Shown here piece after piece: positions 39,623 to 49,494 of a DNA stretch of 55,224 bases. Both the position numbers and the translations under genes were made by a program. How positions within the stretch are numbered: position 1 is the first letter of the stretch; each line of letters starts with the position of its first letter. The notes under the pieces are model-generated. The model was not told the origin of the DNA and ran no database searches. It was given only the letters and a program-made list of their open reading frames with translations. Source of the DNA: Candidatus Woesearchaeota archaeon (lineage in GTDB: Archaea; Nanobdellota; Nanobdellia; Woesearchaeales; UBA10216); NCBI GenBank assembly GCA_016192945.1, contig JACPTE010000029.1:1-55224 (forward strand), given 5' to 3'.

Positions 39623-39719
39623 CTCATCTTATTCACAGAAAAAGAAGTGCCAGAGCTGTTTTAAATACCCTGCGTGCGTGGCTGTCCAGTGTCCAGTGGT
39701 TTGAAGCTTTATTCCCTGC

Positions 39720-40367
39720 TTAAGCCCAAAACTTCCTGTCAACACCCCTTTTCTTGCAAAGCCTGAACAGGAAGCACTTCCTGCACAATGGCTTCTTCGC
39801 CTGGCAAACAGCCCTGCCGTGAGAAATAATAAGATTGGTGATGTGAGGCCAGTCTTTTCTTGGATATAGATTCATCAGGTCCTGCTCAATCCTGTTCGGG
39901 TCTGTGTTGGATGTAAGCCCGAGCCTGTAAGCAACCCTCTTGACGTGCGTGTCAACAGCAATGCCGCTTATTATTCCATAGGAATTCCATAGAATGATGT
40001 TTGCGGTTTTCCTGCCGACTCCCGGGATGGTGACCAGCTCTTCCATCCTGTTTGGCACTTTGCCGTGAAATTTTTCACGAATCATTTTTGCAGCAGCGAT
40101 AATGTTTTTTGCCTTGTTGTGATAAAAGCCGGTTGAGCGGATGCCGTTTTCAAGCTCCTTGATGTCAGCATCAGCGTAATCACTGACAGACTGGTATTTG
40201 CTGAAAAGGCTTTTTGTAACGAGGTTTACACGGGCATCAGTGCACTGGGCAGAGAGGATTGTTGAGACAAGCATCTCAACAGGAGTGCGGAATTGAAGCG
40301 CAGTGGATGCAGAGGGATAGTTCTTTTTCAGGAGGGATAATGCCTGCCCAGATGATTTTTTTTCCAT
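39720..40367 (-). CDS. nth: Endonuclease III
   Basis: ILSAQCTD, IPGVGRKTAN, VDTHV, C-x6-C-x2-C-x5-C. Confidence 0.96.
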   Translation of the reverse strand: MEKKSSGQALSLLKKNYPSASTALQFRTPVEMLVSTILSAQCTDARVNLVTKSLFSKYQSVSDYADADIKELENGIRSTGFYHNKAKNIIAAAKMIREKFHGKVPNRMEELVTIPGVGRKTANIILWNSYGIISGIAVDTHVKRVAYRLGLTSNTDPNRIEQDLMNLYPRKDWPHITNLIISHGRAVCQAKKPLCRKCFLFRLCKKRGVDRKFWA

Positions 40368-40432
40368 GAGGATTAGCCAGGCAATCTGCTATTTAAAGCT
40401 TGCCAAACAGAATACTAATCCATATACCCCGC

Positions 40433-40618
40433 TTATGCCCTCAGCTTCTTCGGGCTGTCCAGGTATGAATAGGTGTCGCTGAAGTCAGTCTCAAGCTGGC
40501 ACCACCTGCAGAGATATGGGTTAATAAAGCTGCTCTTTACAATCAGATTCCCGCACCTTGTGCACTTAAGCCTGGTTCCCTTCATTTCCATCCCCTCATG
40601 CCAACATGGGATGCTCAC
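40433..40618 (-). CDS. Small zinc-finger protein
   Basis: CTRC...CRWC; true start is probably a downstream Met. Confidence 0.55.
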   Translation of the reverse strand: MSIPCWHEGMEMKGTRLKCTRCGNLIVKSSFINPYLCRWCQLETDFSDTYSYLDSPKKLRA

Positions 40619-40679
40619 TATTTATAATCTGCCTATATAGAACATATAATTTAAATAATTGCAGGGAAGGCACACCTGC

Positions 40680-40952
40680 ATGAAAAGGGTCAGCATCATC
40701 CTGTCAGGGAAAGTGCAGGGAGTGTTCTTCAGGGACTTTGTCAGAAAAGAGGCTGAGAAGCTTGGGATTGCAGGGTTCGTAAGAAACCTCCAGGACGGCA
40801 CTGTCCAGGTTGTCGGGGAGGGTGACGAGGACAAGCTGAACATTTTCATAAGGGAATGCAAAAGAGGCCCGCTTCTTGCCTTCATAAAAGGCGCTGAAGT
40901 CAAGCTTGAAAAGGCAACAGGCGAGTTTGAGGACTTTAGCATAAGATACTGA
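40680..40952 (+). CDS. acyP: Acylphosphatase
   Basis: GKVQGVFFR, GFVRNLQDGTV. Confidence 0.95.
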   Translation: MKRVSIILSGKVQGVFFRDFVRKEAEKLGIAGFVRNLQDGTVQVVGEGDEDKLNIFIRECKRGPLLAFIKGAEVKLEKATGEFEDFSIRY

Positions 40953-40960
40953 ATCTGTTG

Positions 40961-42034
40961 CTAAAATTCTGTGAGCTTCCTGTCATTGGCAAGATTCACA
41001 ATAGTCGTCTTGCCCTCTGTACCGCCGGCAATCCTCTTAAGCACAACAAACCTGTCCCCCTCAAACCTGTCAATCCTCCTCTGGAAAGTCCTGTAAACAG
41101 CCTTTCCCCCAGCGTCCTGGTATGCCTTGTAAACATCCCCTATCTTCCTGCCAGAGTTCTTCTTTATGATTTCCAGGATAAGCCTGCCCTCATCGTCAAG
41201 CTCAGACTCGTCTTTTATGCTGAAATCATCAAGAGCCTCAATTGAACTGAGAACATGCTCAGTGGTTATCCTCTTGGATGCCTTGCCCTCAGCAGCCAGG
41301 CCAGCCTGCCTCATAAGGAACAGCCCTCTCCTTATGTCATGCATCTCAAAAGCCTTGCCAGCCACCAAACCAAGTGCATCATCAGCCCATACCCCCTGGG
41401 AGAAGGCATGCTCCATCCTCTGCATGATAATCCCTTTTGTCTCTTCAAGACTGTAAGGCCTGAATTCCAATGGCTCTGGCATCAGCCTGCTCCTTATCCT
41501 TGAGTCAAGCGATGAAAGCCATCCCTTGTCGTTGGCTATAGCTATTACAGCCTTCCTGTAAACCTCCTCAAGGATGCTGTACAGGAAATCATAATCCTGG
41601 AGCTTGTCAATCTCGTCAAAAACGAAAACAGCAGATTTCTTGTTTATTATCTGCCTTGCAACCAGGAAAAGCTCATCAGAGCGCTTGTTCTGGGTGAACT
41701 TGTAGCCAACAGCATCGCACAGCTCAAGGAAAACCTTGAAGCTGGTGTTATGCTGCCAGCAGTTTATGTAGATTGGCAGGATATCATCAGTCTGCTCCTC
41801 AAGCTCATTAAGCACGTGCCTAACCGCAACAGTCTTCCCAATGCCCGGCTGGCCGAAAATAAACATGTTCCTGCCATTCCTCTGCTGGAACAAGGGCCTT
41901 ATGCAGCTGGCTACATTATGCTGCTCTGACTCGCGGTAAGGCACAAGCTTTGGCACAAATGAGTAGTCAAGCGCAATCTCATTCCTGAAAAGGCTCTCAT
42001 CAGCCCCCAAAACATCCCGAAAAAGAGACATCAT
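40961..42034 (-). CDS. cdc6: Orc1/Cdc6 replication initiator
   Basis: GQPGIGKT, YINC, FDEID, FRPY. Confidence 0.9.
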   Translation of the reverse strand: MMSLFRDVLGADESLFRNEIALDYSFVPKLVPYRESEQHNVASCIRPLFQQRNGRNMFIFGQPGIGKTVAVRHVLNELEEQTDDILPIYINCWQHNTSFKVFLELCDAVGYKFTQNKRSDELFLVARQIINKKSAVFVFDEIDKLQDYDFLYSILEEVYRKAVIAIANDKGWLSSLDSRIRSRLMPEPLEFRPYSLEETKGIIMQRMEHAFSQGVWADDALGLVAGKAFEMHDIRRGLFLMRQAGLAAEGKASKRITTEHVLSSIEALDDFSIKDESELDDEGRLILEIIKKNSGRKIGDVYKAYQDAGGKAVYRTFQRRIDRFEGDRFVVLKRIAGGTEGKTTIVNLANDRKLTEF

Positions 42035-42086
42035 GGAAATTAAGCAGAGTTATTTTATATAGTTTTCCACAAAAAGAACCAGAAAA

Positions 42087-43379
42087 CTAAGGATTTTTTG
42101 CCTTTCCAATGACCTTCACTCCCTTCATGTAAGGCACCAGAGCAGCCGGGACTTTTATTGAGCCATCCTTGTTCTGGCAGTTTTCAACAATAGCCCTTAA
42201 TGTCCTTGAAGTGGCAACAGCAGTGCTGTTAAGCGTGTGAACGTATTCCTTTTCATCGCTGCCTTTCTTCCTGTACCTTATGTTCATTGAAACTGACTGG
42301 TAACTGGTGCAGTTGCTGCAGCTTACCACTTCCCGGTACGCCTGCTCCCTCGGGAACCACGCCTCAATGTCATACTTCTTTGCAGCAACGCTCCCAATGT
42401 CGCCAGCGCATATGCTTACAACCCTGTATGGAATCTTCAGCTTTTGGAATATTGACTCCGCGTTCTTCAGGAGATCCTCAAAAATCCTCCACGAGTCAGA
42501 GGGCCTGCAGAAAACAAACTGCTCAACCTTGTTGAACTGGTGCACCCTGAATAATCCCCTTGTATCAACACCATGGCTTCCAATCTCGCGCCTGAAGCAG
42601 CTGCTGAACCCTGCCAGCCTGACAGGAAGCTCAAACTCGTCCAGGACCTCACCAGAATACATAGCGGCAATGGGATGCTCTGAAGTTGCTATCAGGTAAG
42701 AATCCTCTCCATCAATCTTATACATCACGTTTTCAAAATCCTGCAATGCAGTTACGCCCTCATAAACAGACCTGCCCATGATAAGCGGGGGCTCTACTGG
42801 CGTGAAGCCCTTGCCTGAAAGGAAATCAATAGCATAATTAACAAGGGCAAGCTCAAGCTTAAGCAGGTCGCCCTTCAGGAAGTAAAACCCTGAGCCGCTA
42901 ATCTTTGCAGCCCTCTTGAAGTCAGCCAAACCGAGCTCCTCCAGAAGCTCCCCATGAGGCTTCAGCTCAAACCCGGGCTTCCTTACTGCGCCCCACCTCT
43001 TAACCTCAACATTGCCCCTTTCGTCAGCACCTTCCGGAACAGACTCGTGCAGGACATTAGGAAGCCGCATAAGGATGTAGGAAACCCTTTCCTGAAGCTC
43101 CACAAGCCTTTTCTCAGAATCCCTTATCTTCCCAGGAAGCTCCTTTGCCTCACCTACCTTCCCAGAAATGTCCAAGCCCTCCTTTTTGAGCTCGTTTATT
43201 TCCCTGGTTATTATGTTCCTCCTGTTGCGGAGCCTGTCAACCTCTGCCTTAAGCTCCCAATACTGCCTGCTCTTCTCCACCACCTCGCCAACCAGCGGAA
43301 CCTTGCCCTCGTCGTTGCGCTTCTTCAAGTCCCCCCTTACAGCCTCCTGGTTTTCCCTGATGAACCTGATGTCAAGCAT
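42087..43379 (-). CDS. serS: Serine-tRNA ligase
   Basis: LIATSEHP, FRREIGSHG, RVHQFNKVEQF, EVVSCSNC, HTLNST. Confidence 0.97.
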   Translation of the reverse strand: MLDIRFIRENQEAVRGDLKKRNDEGKVPLVGEVVEKSRQYWELKAEVDRLRNRRNIITREINELKKEGLDISGKVGEAKELPGKIRDSEKRLVELQERVSYILMRLPNVLHESVPEGADERGNVEVKRWGAVRKPGFELKPHGELLEELGLADFKRAAKISGSGFYFLKGDLLKLELALVNYAIDFLSGKGFTPVEPPLIMGRSVYEGVTALQDFENVMYKIDGEDSYLIATSEHPIAAMYSGEVLDEFELPVRLAGFSSCFRREIGSHGVDTRGLFRVHQFNKVEQFVFCRPSDSWRIFEDLLKNAESIFQKLKIPYRVVSICAGDIGSVAAKKYDIEAWFPREQAYREVVSCSNCTSYQSVSMNIRYRKKGSDEKEYVHTLNSTAVATSRTLRAIVENCQNKDGSIKVPAALVPYMKGVKVIGKAKNP

Positions 43380-43538
43380 AAGCAGCAGTGCTGAATTTTG
43401 GTTTAAAAATGTTTCTTCAATTTTTCATATAAATATATTCGTATCCAGAACTACTTTCATCCTCTATCCCTCTTAATGGCACTTTTAATTTTACAGTAGT
43501 CGTATGCCTATGAATTCCAGAAATTTGAGAGACAGCTT

Positions 43539-43724
43539 TTGGCAATAACAGACAGCGTAGAAATGATGAAAGGCATAAGGCTTCATGTAAACTCGCTGAC
43601 AAATGCGATAAAGGCGCTTCAGGGAAATGACAGGAACGAGGCAATTAACAGCCTGGAAAAGGCAAAGCTATCACTCCAGGCAATAATTGAGACGCTAAAG
43701 ACCATTGAGGAAAAGGCAGCCTAA
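43539..43724 (+). CDS. Small helical hypothetical protein
   Basis: Frame extends upstream (AYEFQKFERQ) without an in-frame ATG; start uncertain. Confidence 0.5.
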   Translation: MAITDSVEMMKGIRLHVNSLTNAIKALQGNDRNEAINSLEKAKLSLQAIIETLKTIEEKAA

Positions 43725-45550
43725 GCAAGAACAATCTTAAGTTGCTCCCCACCATTCACTGCATCAGCAATCAGCTTGCCAATCTTGTTCTTCATGCTGA
43801 TTTTTACAATGCCGTCCTTCCCTACATTTGCAGTCATAAGGTAATCGCCGTCAACAAAAATGTTGACGTTCTTGTTGGCGAAAATCCTGTCAGCCTTGAG
43901 GATTACGTGCTTCTTGCTGAACTGGGAGTCAAATGAAATTTGCCTTTCCTCCCCTGACTCCCGCTTCTTTTCAAGGGGCTGGATGTCAATGGAAATGCCA
44001 AGCTTCTTCTCTATCTGCTCAATAGTCTTGCCCTGCTTTCCAATAACCCTCCCGATTTCCTCCTCAGGAATGTAAACAACAGCCTTGTGCTCGGACACCA
44101 AGTCAACCTTTGAATTGCCCACGTAATTCCTGAACTCAGCCTGCACAGACTTCTCAGCAAGGGCCTTTCCAGGAGTCTTTTCTGCACCCCTGACAGGAAT
44201 GACAACAGTCTCCTCTCCATAGCTGTAAAGCTCATACTCAAGCCTTTTAGTCTCAAAATCATACACCACAACAACAGGCCTTGCAAGGTCTGCCTCAGCC
44301 ATTCCCTCAGGAACCTTCACAGTCATGTTCAGGCTCAGGACCTTCCCCACGAATCCGTCCTTGATGAAAATGACCGTGTCAATAACCTGCGGGATGACGC
44401 CCAGCTCAATCCTGCCAACAAACCGCTGGATGGCGTCAATAGGATTGGTGGCGTGAACAACACCCGCCAGCCCGATGCCTGAAAGCCTCAGGTCAGCGAA
44501 CAGCTTGAAATCATCAGTGTTGCGCATCTCGTCAAAAACAGTGTAATCAGGCCTTGAAAGAAGCAGGATGTCATGGATTTCCTGCGAATCGCCATGGCTT
44601 ATCGCATACTGGGTTATGTTCTCAGGCAGAATCAGGTCACGGGGGGCCTCTATGGTCTTTACAATCTTGCTCTTTGAGGCGTAATACTCTGCAAGGGCCT
44701 GTGCAAAAGTGCTTTTCCCATGCCCAGGGGCGCCTGCAATAAGGATGCCCTCTGCCTGGACTGATATGCGCTCCATGAGCTTTTCAGAAAGCCTGTAGTC
44801 CTCAATAGACATCTTCTTAACAGGCCTTACAGCAGTGATTTCCCAGCCATCGCTGAAAGGAGGCTTGGTAATCACAATCCTGAAACTGCCTAATTGCACA
44901 ATAGTGCTTCCAGGCCTTTCAATCTCAATAAAGCCGTCCCTGCTGTAACCGGCGGTCTCTATAATTTCGCGGCTGATATCCTGAATCTCATCCCTTGACA
45001 GGGGCTTCTCGCCCACCTGGACAAACTTCCAATTCCCGGGCGCGCCCTTCTTGGCAAACGGGAGAACATTCTCGCGAAGGTGCACGCTCATTGTTGCGCT
45101 GTCAAAATAAGGCTCAAGCTTAAGCCTCCTCACAACCTTCTCAATGTGGAAAAAAATAGTCCTGATGCCCTTGGCTGTTGCAACCCTGTTCTGCACCTTG
45201 TCAGCTGTGAAAAGAACCCCGTCAACCTCATATGCCAGCTCCCTTATCATGGAATCAATCTCGCCAAGGCTCGCATACCTTATCTCAGCAGGCTTCGGCT
45301 TTGCCCCGGAAAACTCAAGCTTGAAGCCGTTCTTCTGTGAAAGCTCCCGAATCCTCACAAGCTCATCCAGCCCCAGAAAGCCAACGGCCTTGTTAAGGTT
45401 GGTCTGGTGCTCAAGCTCAGAAACAACAGCCTCATGGATGATGACAGCCTCAGGGGCAAACTCCCCCTCACGAATCTTCCTGCTGACCAGCCCCTCAATA
45501 ATAACAGAAGTGTCAGGCACAAGCTTCTCAATTTTTTCTGCAGTTTTCAT
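43721..45550 (-). CDS. PINc/VapC ATPase with KH domain (PINA family)
   Basis: VPDTSVII PIN domain, GAPGHGKST, FDEMR, IGKQGK. Confidence 0.93.
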   Translation of the reverse strand: MKTAEKIEKLVPDTSVIIEGLVSRKIREGEFAPEAVIIHEAVVSELEHQTNLNKAVGFLGLDELVRIRELSQKNGFKLEFSGAKPKPAEIRYASLGEIDSMIRELAYEVDGVLFTADKVQNRVATAKGIRTIFFHIEKVVRRLKLEPYFDSATMSVHLRENVLPFAKKGAPGNWKFVQVGEKPLSRDEIQDISREIIETAGYSRDGFIEIERPGSTIVQLGSFRIVITKPPFSDGWEITAVRPVKKMSIEDYRLSEKLMERISVQAEGILIAGAPGHGKSTFAQALAEYYASKSKIVKTIEAPRDLILPENITQYAISHGDSQEIHDILLLSRPDYTVFDEMRNTDDFKLFADLRLSGIGLAGVVHATNPIDAIQRFVGRIELGVIPQVIDTVIFIKDGFVGKVLSLNMTVKVPEGMAEADLARPVVVVYDFETKRLEYELYSYGEETVVIPVRGAEKTPGKALAEKSVQAEFRNYVGNSKVDLVSEHKAVVYIPEEEIGRVIGKQGKTIEQIEKKLGISIDIQPLEKKRESGEERQISFDSQFSKKHVILKADRIFANKNVNIFVDGDYLMTANVGKDGIVKISMKNKIGKLIADAVNGGEQLKIVLA

Positions 45551-45698
45551 TGAACAAGTAAAATCTGGAGATGTATTTAAAAGGTTTTCTTTAAACCCAA
45601 TTCCACAAGTTCTCTTACCAGTGGTTTTTTACAAGAAAATTTTATAAATGGATTGAATGTCCAGTTGTCTCAACTCTACAAGAGTTTGAGTCTTTAAT

Positions 45699-45794
45699 GC
45701 CCCAGTAGCTTAGACATGCCATTAAGCATGGAGCAACAGGTAGAGCGTGCGGCTGTTAACCGCAAGGTCGGCAGTTCGAGTCTGCCCTGGGGCG
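45699..45794 (+). tRNA. tRNA-Asn(GTT) with 23-nt D-loop intron (45714-45736)
   Basis: GCCCCAG/CTGGGGC acceptor; TGCGG-CTGTTAA-CCGCA anticodon arm; helix GCTT/GAGC, bulges AG^A and AA^C, inner stem CATGC/GCATG. Confidence 0.92.
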
Positions 45795-45846
45795 TGTTTT
45801 CTTTTCAAAAAGCTTTTTAAACAAAAACCTTGACACCAGGCCTATT

Positions 45847-45949
45847 GGGCCCGTAGCATAGCCTGGTTGGTGCGCCCGACTGATAATCGGGTGGTCCTGT
45901 GTTCAAAGAGGCTAGGCTTTAGCCTGCCCTGAAAGTCACAGCGGGCCCA
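45847..45949 (+). tRNA. tRNA-Ile(GAT) with 28-nt T-loop intron (45908-45935)
   Basis: GGGCCCG/CGGGCCC acceptor; CCCGA-CTGATAA-TCGGG anticodon arm; helix TTCA/TGAA, bulges AA^G and AG^T restore the TTCAAAT loop. Confidence 0.92.
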
Positions 45950-46011
45950 TTATATAATGTCAGACATAAATAACCCACAGATTTTTTAATGCATCAAATA
46001 AACCTGCATGC

Positions 46012-46545
46012 ATGAGCCTTGTTGAGCTTGTCAATCTTTATGCCGCCCCATTAATCCACCCGGAGCTGTGGAAGCCAAATGATACTTACCACAGCGTAGC
46101 TGGCATATACCTTGAGAACCTGTGGTCAATGGGAATAAGAGCGCTGATTTTTGATGTTGATGGGACACTGATGCCATATCACTCATATGTTGTCCCGAAG
46201 GAGATAACGAAAAAGCTTCGCCAAGCCGATGAGCTGGGTTTCCGCATGTGCGCTGTTACAAATACTTCAAGCACTGAAAGAGTAAATTCACTTGAGGCCA
46301 TCTTTTCAATGAATGTCTTCATGGCAAATCCCGGAAAACCACACACCAATTCCTTCACACCAGCCCTTGATTTTCTTCATCCACTGGAGCCATTCCAGAT
46401 TGCAGTGGTTGGCGACAGGAAGTGGACTGACATTTATGGAGGGAAGCTGATAGGAGCATACACAATCCTTATATCTCCCGGAGAATACACCCAAGACCCA
46501 ATCCATATAAGGGCAATAAAACTTGTTGAGGGCATCATAAGCTAG
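46012..46545 (+). CDS. HAD IIIA phosphatase (YqeG-like)
   Basis: FDVDGTL, VTN, KP, VGDRKWTDIYGG. Confidence 0.88.
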   Translation: MSLVELVNLYAAPLIHPELWKPNDTYHSVAGIYLENLWSMGIRALIFDVDGTLMPYHSYVVPKEITKKLRQADELGFRMCAVTNTSSTERVNSLEAIFSMNVFMANPGKPHTNSFTPALDFLHPLEPFQIAVVGDRKWTDIYGGKLIGAYTILISPGEYTQDPIHIRAIKLVEGIIS

Positions 46546-46546
46546 A

Positions 46547-48100
46547 ATGGAACGAATAAAAATCCAGCAGCCAACATCCAACGAGACAACAAACATAGCG
46601 CTGGACACCATAAGCTCAGGAAAGCAGGCGCTAATCTTCCTCGGGACAAAGCCAAGCGCTGAAAAGGCTGCAGAGGAGATATCAAAAAAAGCCAGGGCAG
46701 GCAGCCCGGAGCTGGAAAAGCTGTCGCTTGAACTCCTGCACTCACTAAGCAGGCCCACGAAGCAGTGCGAACGGCTTGCTTATTGCATAAAGAAAGGCAT
46801 AGCATTCCACCACAGCGGGCTTACACATGAGCAAAGAACTGCCATAGAGAACTCATTCAGGAGCGGGCTTATAAGGATAATCTGCTGCACCCCGACTCTT
46901 GCCTCAGGGTTAGATCTTCCAGCTTACAGGGCAATAATCAGGGATTTGAAAAGATACGGCAGGACAGGAATGAACTGGATACCGGTGCTTGAGTACCTTC
47001 AGATGTCAGGGCGCGCAGGAAGGCCTAAGTTTGACACTGAAGGCCAGGCAATCGCCGTAGCATCCACAGAGCCTGAAAAAAAGCAGATATACGAGAGATA
47101 CGTGCTCGGGCAGCCAGAGGATATATACTCAAAGCTTGCAGTAGAGCCTGCATTGAGGACTTATATCCTGTCCTTGATATCAACAAGGTTCGTTACAACA
47201 ATGACAGAAATCAACGAATTTTTCTCAAGGACATTCTGGGCGCACCAATACAAGGACACTGCCAAGCTGAAACAAATATTATTGAAGATGCTTGGGCTGC
47301 TGGCAGAATGGGGATTCATAAACGAGAAAGAGGAATTCACATCAGCCAGCGAGCTTGATAATGAAAACAGGATAGTGCCTACAATTACCGGAAGGAGAGT
47401 CGCAGAGCTTTACCTTGACCCGCTCACAGCACACCACATCATAACCTGCATGCAAAAGGCAGGGAAAGCGACAGAGGCATTCCCCTACCTTATCATGATA
47501 TCATCATGCCTTGAAATGAGGCCCCTGCTAAGGGTTGCTGCGAGGGATTATGAAGCAGTGCAGGAAACCCTCCTCCATGCAGAGGGCAAATTATTGCAGG
47601 AAGAGCCATCAATGTACGAGGAGGAGCATGAGGAATTCATCAATGCCGTGAAGACAGCAATGTTCCTGAATGAATGGATGGATGAAAAGGACGAGGAATA
47701 CCTGCTTCAAAAATACAATGTAAGGCCTGGCGAGATACACGCAAAGCTGAACATAGCAGACTGGCTGGTTTACTCATCCATGGAGCTTGGAAGGCTGCTT
47801 CAACTAACAAGCCAGTCCAGGGAGCTTGGCAGGATAAGGGTAAGAATAAAGCACGGAGTGAAGGAAGAGCTTCTTCCCCTGCTGAAACTAAAGGGAATAG
47901 GGCGGGTGAGGGCAAGAAAACTTTTCAATAGTGGGATAACAGACATAGGGGCTGTGAAAAAGGCAGACACTGCTGCATTAGCCATTATAATCGGGCCGGC
48001 AATTGCAGCAGACATAAAAGGGCAGGTCGGTCAGGAGGATAAAACAGAACAGCTGAAGCTTGATAATGGAACTATAATATCAGACAAAAATAAACAATAA
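46547..48100 (+). CDS. hel308: Hel308/Ski2-like helicase lacking the N-terminal RecA domain
   Basis: IAFHHSGL, TPTLASGLDLPA, QMSGRAGRP, GIGRVRARKLF present; no Walker A or DExH motif. Confidence 0.85.
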   Translation: MERIKIQQPTSNETTNIALDTISSGKQALIFLGTKPSAEKAAEEISKKARAGSPELEKLSLELLHSLSRPTKQCERLAYCIKKGIAFHHSGLTHEQRTAIENSFRSGLIRIICCTPTLASGLDLPAYRAIIRDLKRYGRTGMNWIPVLEYLQMSGRAGRPKFDTEGQAIAVASTEPEKKQIYERYVLGQPEDIYSKLAVEPALRTYILSLISTRFVTTMTEINEFFSRTFWAHQYKDTAKLKQILLKMLGLLAEWGFINEKEEFTSASELDNENRIVPTITGRRVAELYLDPLTAHHIITCMQKAGKATEAFPYLIMISSCLEMRPLLRVAARDYEAVQETLLHAEGKLLQEEPSMYEEEHEEFINAVKTAMFLNEWMDEKDEEYLLQKYNVRPGEIHAKLNIADWLVYSSMELGRLLQLTSQSRELGRIRVRIKHGVKEELLPLLKLKGIGRVRARKLFNSGITDIGAVKKADTAALAIIIGPAIAADIKGQVGQEDKTEQLKLDNGTIISDKNKQ

Positions 48101-48126
48101 TATTTGTGCCTTCTTCCAGCCACTTG

Positions 48127-48696
48127 TCAAAGCGCAACAATAAGCGCACTTTCTATTAGCCCGGCAGCAACAAGCAAGGGCACAACTATGAAGAAGTATG
48201 CCCTCACAGAATCCGTGAAGCTTCTCCTTATGAAAGCCCACTTCCTCTTTTCCTTAAACCAAAACCCGAACTTCAAGCCCAACCCAAACGCAACCGTGAA
48301 AGCAGGAATCTCAAAAATCCCGTGCGGAATGATAAACAGGAAGGCCTTGGAGCCGATGCTCTTCCATACACTGCCCATGACAGAGCCAAGAAAATAGCCG
48401 TTCATGGCAGCCACCAGCACTGGAATGACGCCAAAGCCAATGCCCAGGACCAGCCCAATCATGGAAGCGCGGAGGTTGTTGAGGATTATCACCAGGGCAA
48501 GCTCAATAAACCCCTTGCCTGCCGTGAGCTGCATTATGTCGCTTATAAGCTTCTGCTGCTGCTCAGCCAGGAAGCCCGGGAAATAAAACCCAACTATCCC
48601 GAAGACAATCTCAATAGCCAGGGCTGCAAGTATATAGGGCCTTGCCTTCCAGATAACCCTCCATGACTTATCCAGATTTTTCCCAACCCAGCTCAT
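48127..48696 (-). CDS. SpoIIM/DUF95 family membrane protein
   Basis: ILNN, NGYFLG, IPHGIFEIPA, AAGLIES. Confidence 0.88.
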   Translation of the reverse strand: MSWVGKNLDKSWRVIWKARPYILAALAIEIVFGIVGFYFPGFLAEQQQKLISDIMQLTAGKGFIELALVIILNNLRASMIGLVLGIGFGVIPVLVAAMNGYFLGSVMGSVWKSIGSKAFLFIIPHGIFEIPAFTVAFGLGLKFGFWFKEKRKWAFIRRSFTDSVRAYFFIVVPLLVAAGLIESALIVAL

Positions 48697-49391
48697 TCAG
48701 CCCTCAAACCGTTCACTTCCCTCTCTGTCAAATGCCTAAAGCTGCCTGGCTTCAGGCTTCCAAGGGAGACATTGCCAATCCTGACCCTGACCAGGGAAAC
48801 GACATAATTCCCAACCTCCCTGAACATCCTCTTCACAATCTTATGCCTTCCCTCATGAATCGTGATTTCCACCAGCCTCATGTCAGGGCTTAAATACCTT
48901 GCCTTTGCAGGCCAGGTCTTAATGCCATCAATAACAACGCCAGATTCAAGCTGCTTTAAGCACGACCTGCTTAGCACCCTTTCAAGCCTTATAACATAAA
49001 CCTTGTCAACATTATAGCTGGGATGCATCACCCTGTTTGCAAAGTCGCCATCATTAGTCATCAGAAGCAGGCCCTCAGCATCAGCATCAAGCCTGCCAAC
49101 AGGATAAACACGCTGTTTGATGTGAACAAGGTCTGTGACTATCCTCTTCGCGAACTTGTCAGCAGAGGTTGTCACATAGCCTTTAGGCTTGTAAAGGGCA
49201 ATGTAAACCTTCATTTCGCTGCCAATCAGCTTACCATCAACCTTGACATGGTCCTTATCCGGGTCAGCACTCTGCCCTATCCTGGCAACAGAGCCGTTAA
49301 CTGTGACACGCCCTGCGGCAATTATTTCCTCGCACTTCCTCCTGGAGGCAATGCCTGCTGAGGCCATTATCTTCTGGAGACGCTGGAGCAT
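48693..49391 (-). CDS. RsuA/RluB family pseudouridine synthase with S4 domain
   Basis: RLQKIMASAGIASRR, KPKG, PVGRLD, EGRHKIVKRM. Confidence 0.93.
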   Translation of the reverse strand: MLQRLQKIMASAGIASRRKCEEIIAAGRVTVNGSVARIGQSADPDKDHVKVDGKLIGSEMKVYIALYKPKGYVTTSADKFAKRIVTDLVHIKQRVYPVGRLDADAEGLLLMTNDGDFANRVMHPSYNVDKVYVIRLERVLSRSCLKQLESGVVIDGIKTWPAKARYLSPDMRLVEITIHEGRHKIVKRMFREVGNYVVSLVRVRIGNVSLGSLKPGSFRHLTEREVNGLRAE

Positions 49392-49494
49392 GGCAGTTGG
49401 AACAGATAAGCACTATTAAAAATATCTGATTGATATGGCTGATTATAGCAATATTTATATATAACAAAAATATTACAAATTGTAGTGATAATGT

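Noticed and set aside
39684-39701. ORB origin element near cdc6 (TCCAGTG x2)
   Set aside because: Only a partial match, with no G-string, no flanking AT-rich unwinding element, and over 1 kb from cdc6.
43497-43540. A second intron or recoding site at the start of the small ORF
   Set aside because: An ATG is one base out of frame, but no BHB structure or slippery site is visible; a single-base error or TTG start is simpler.
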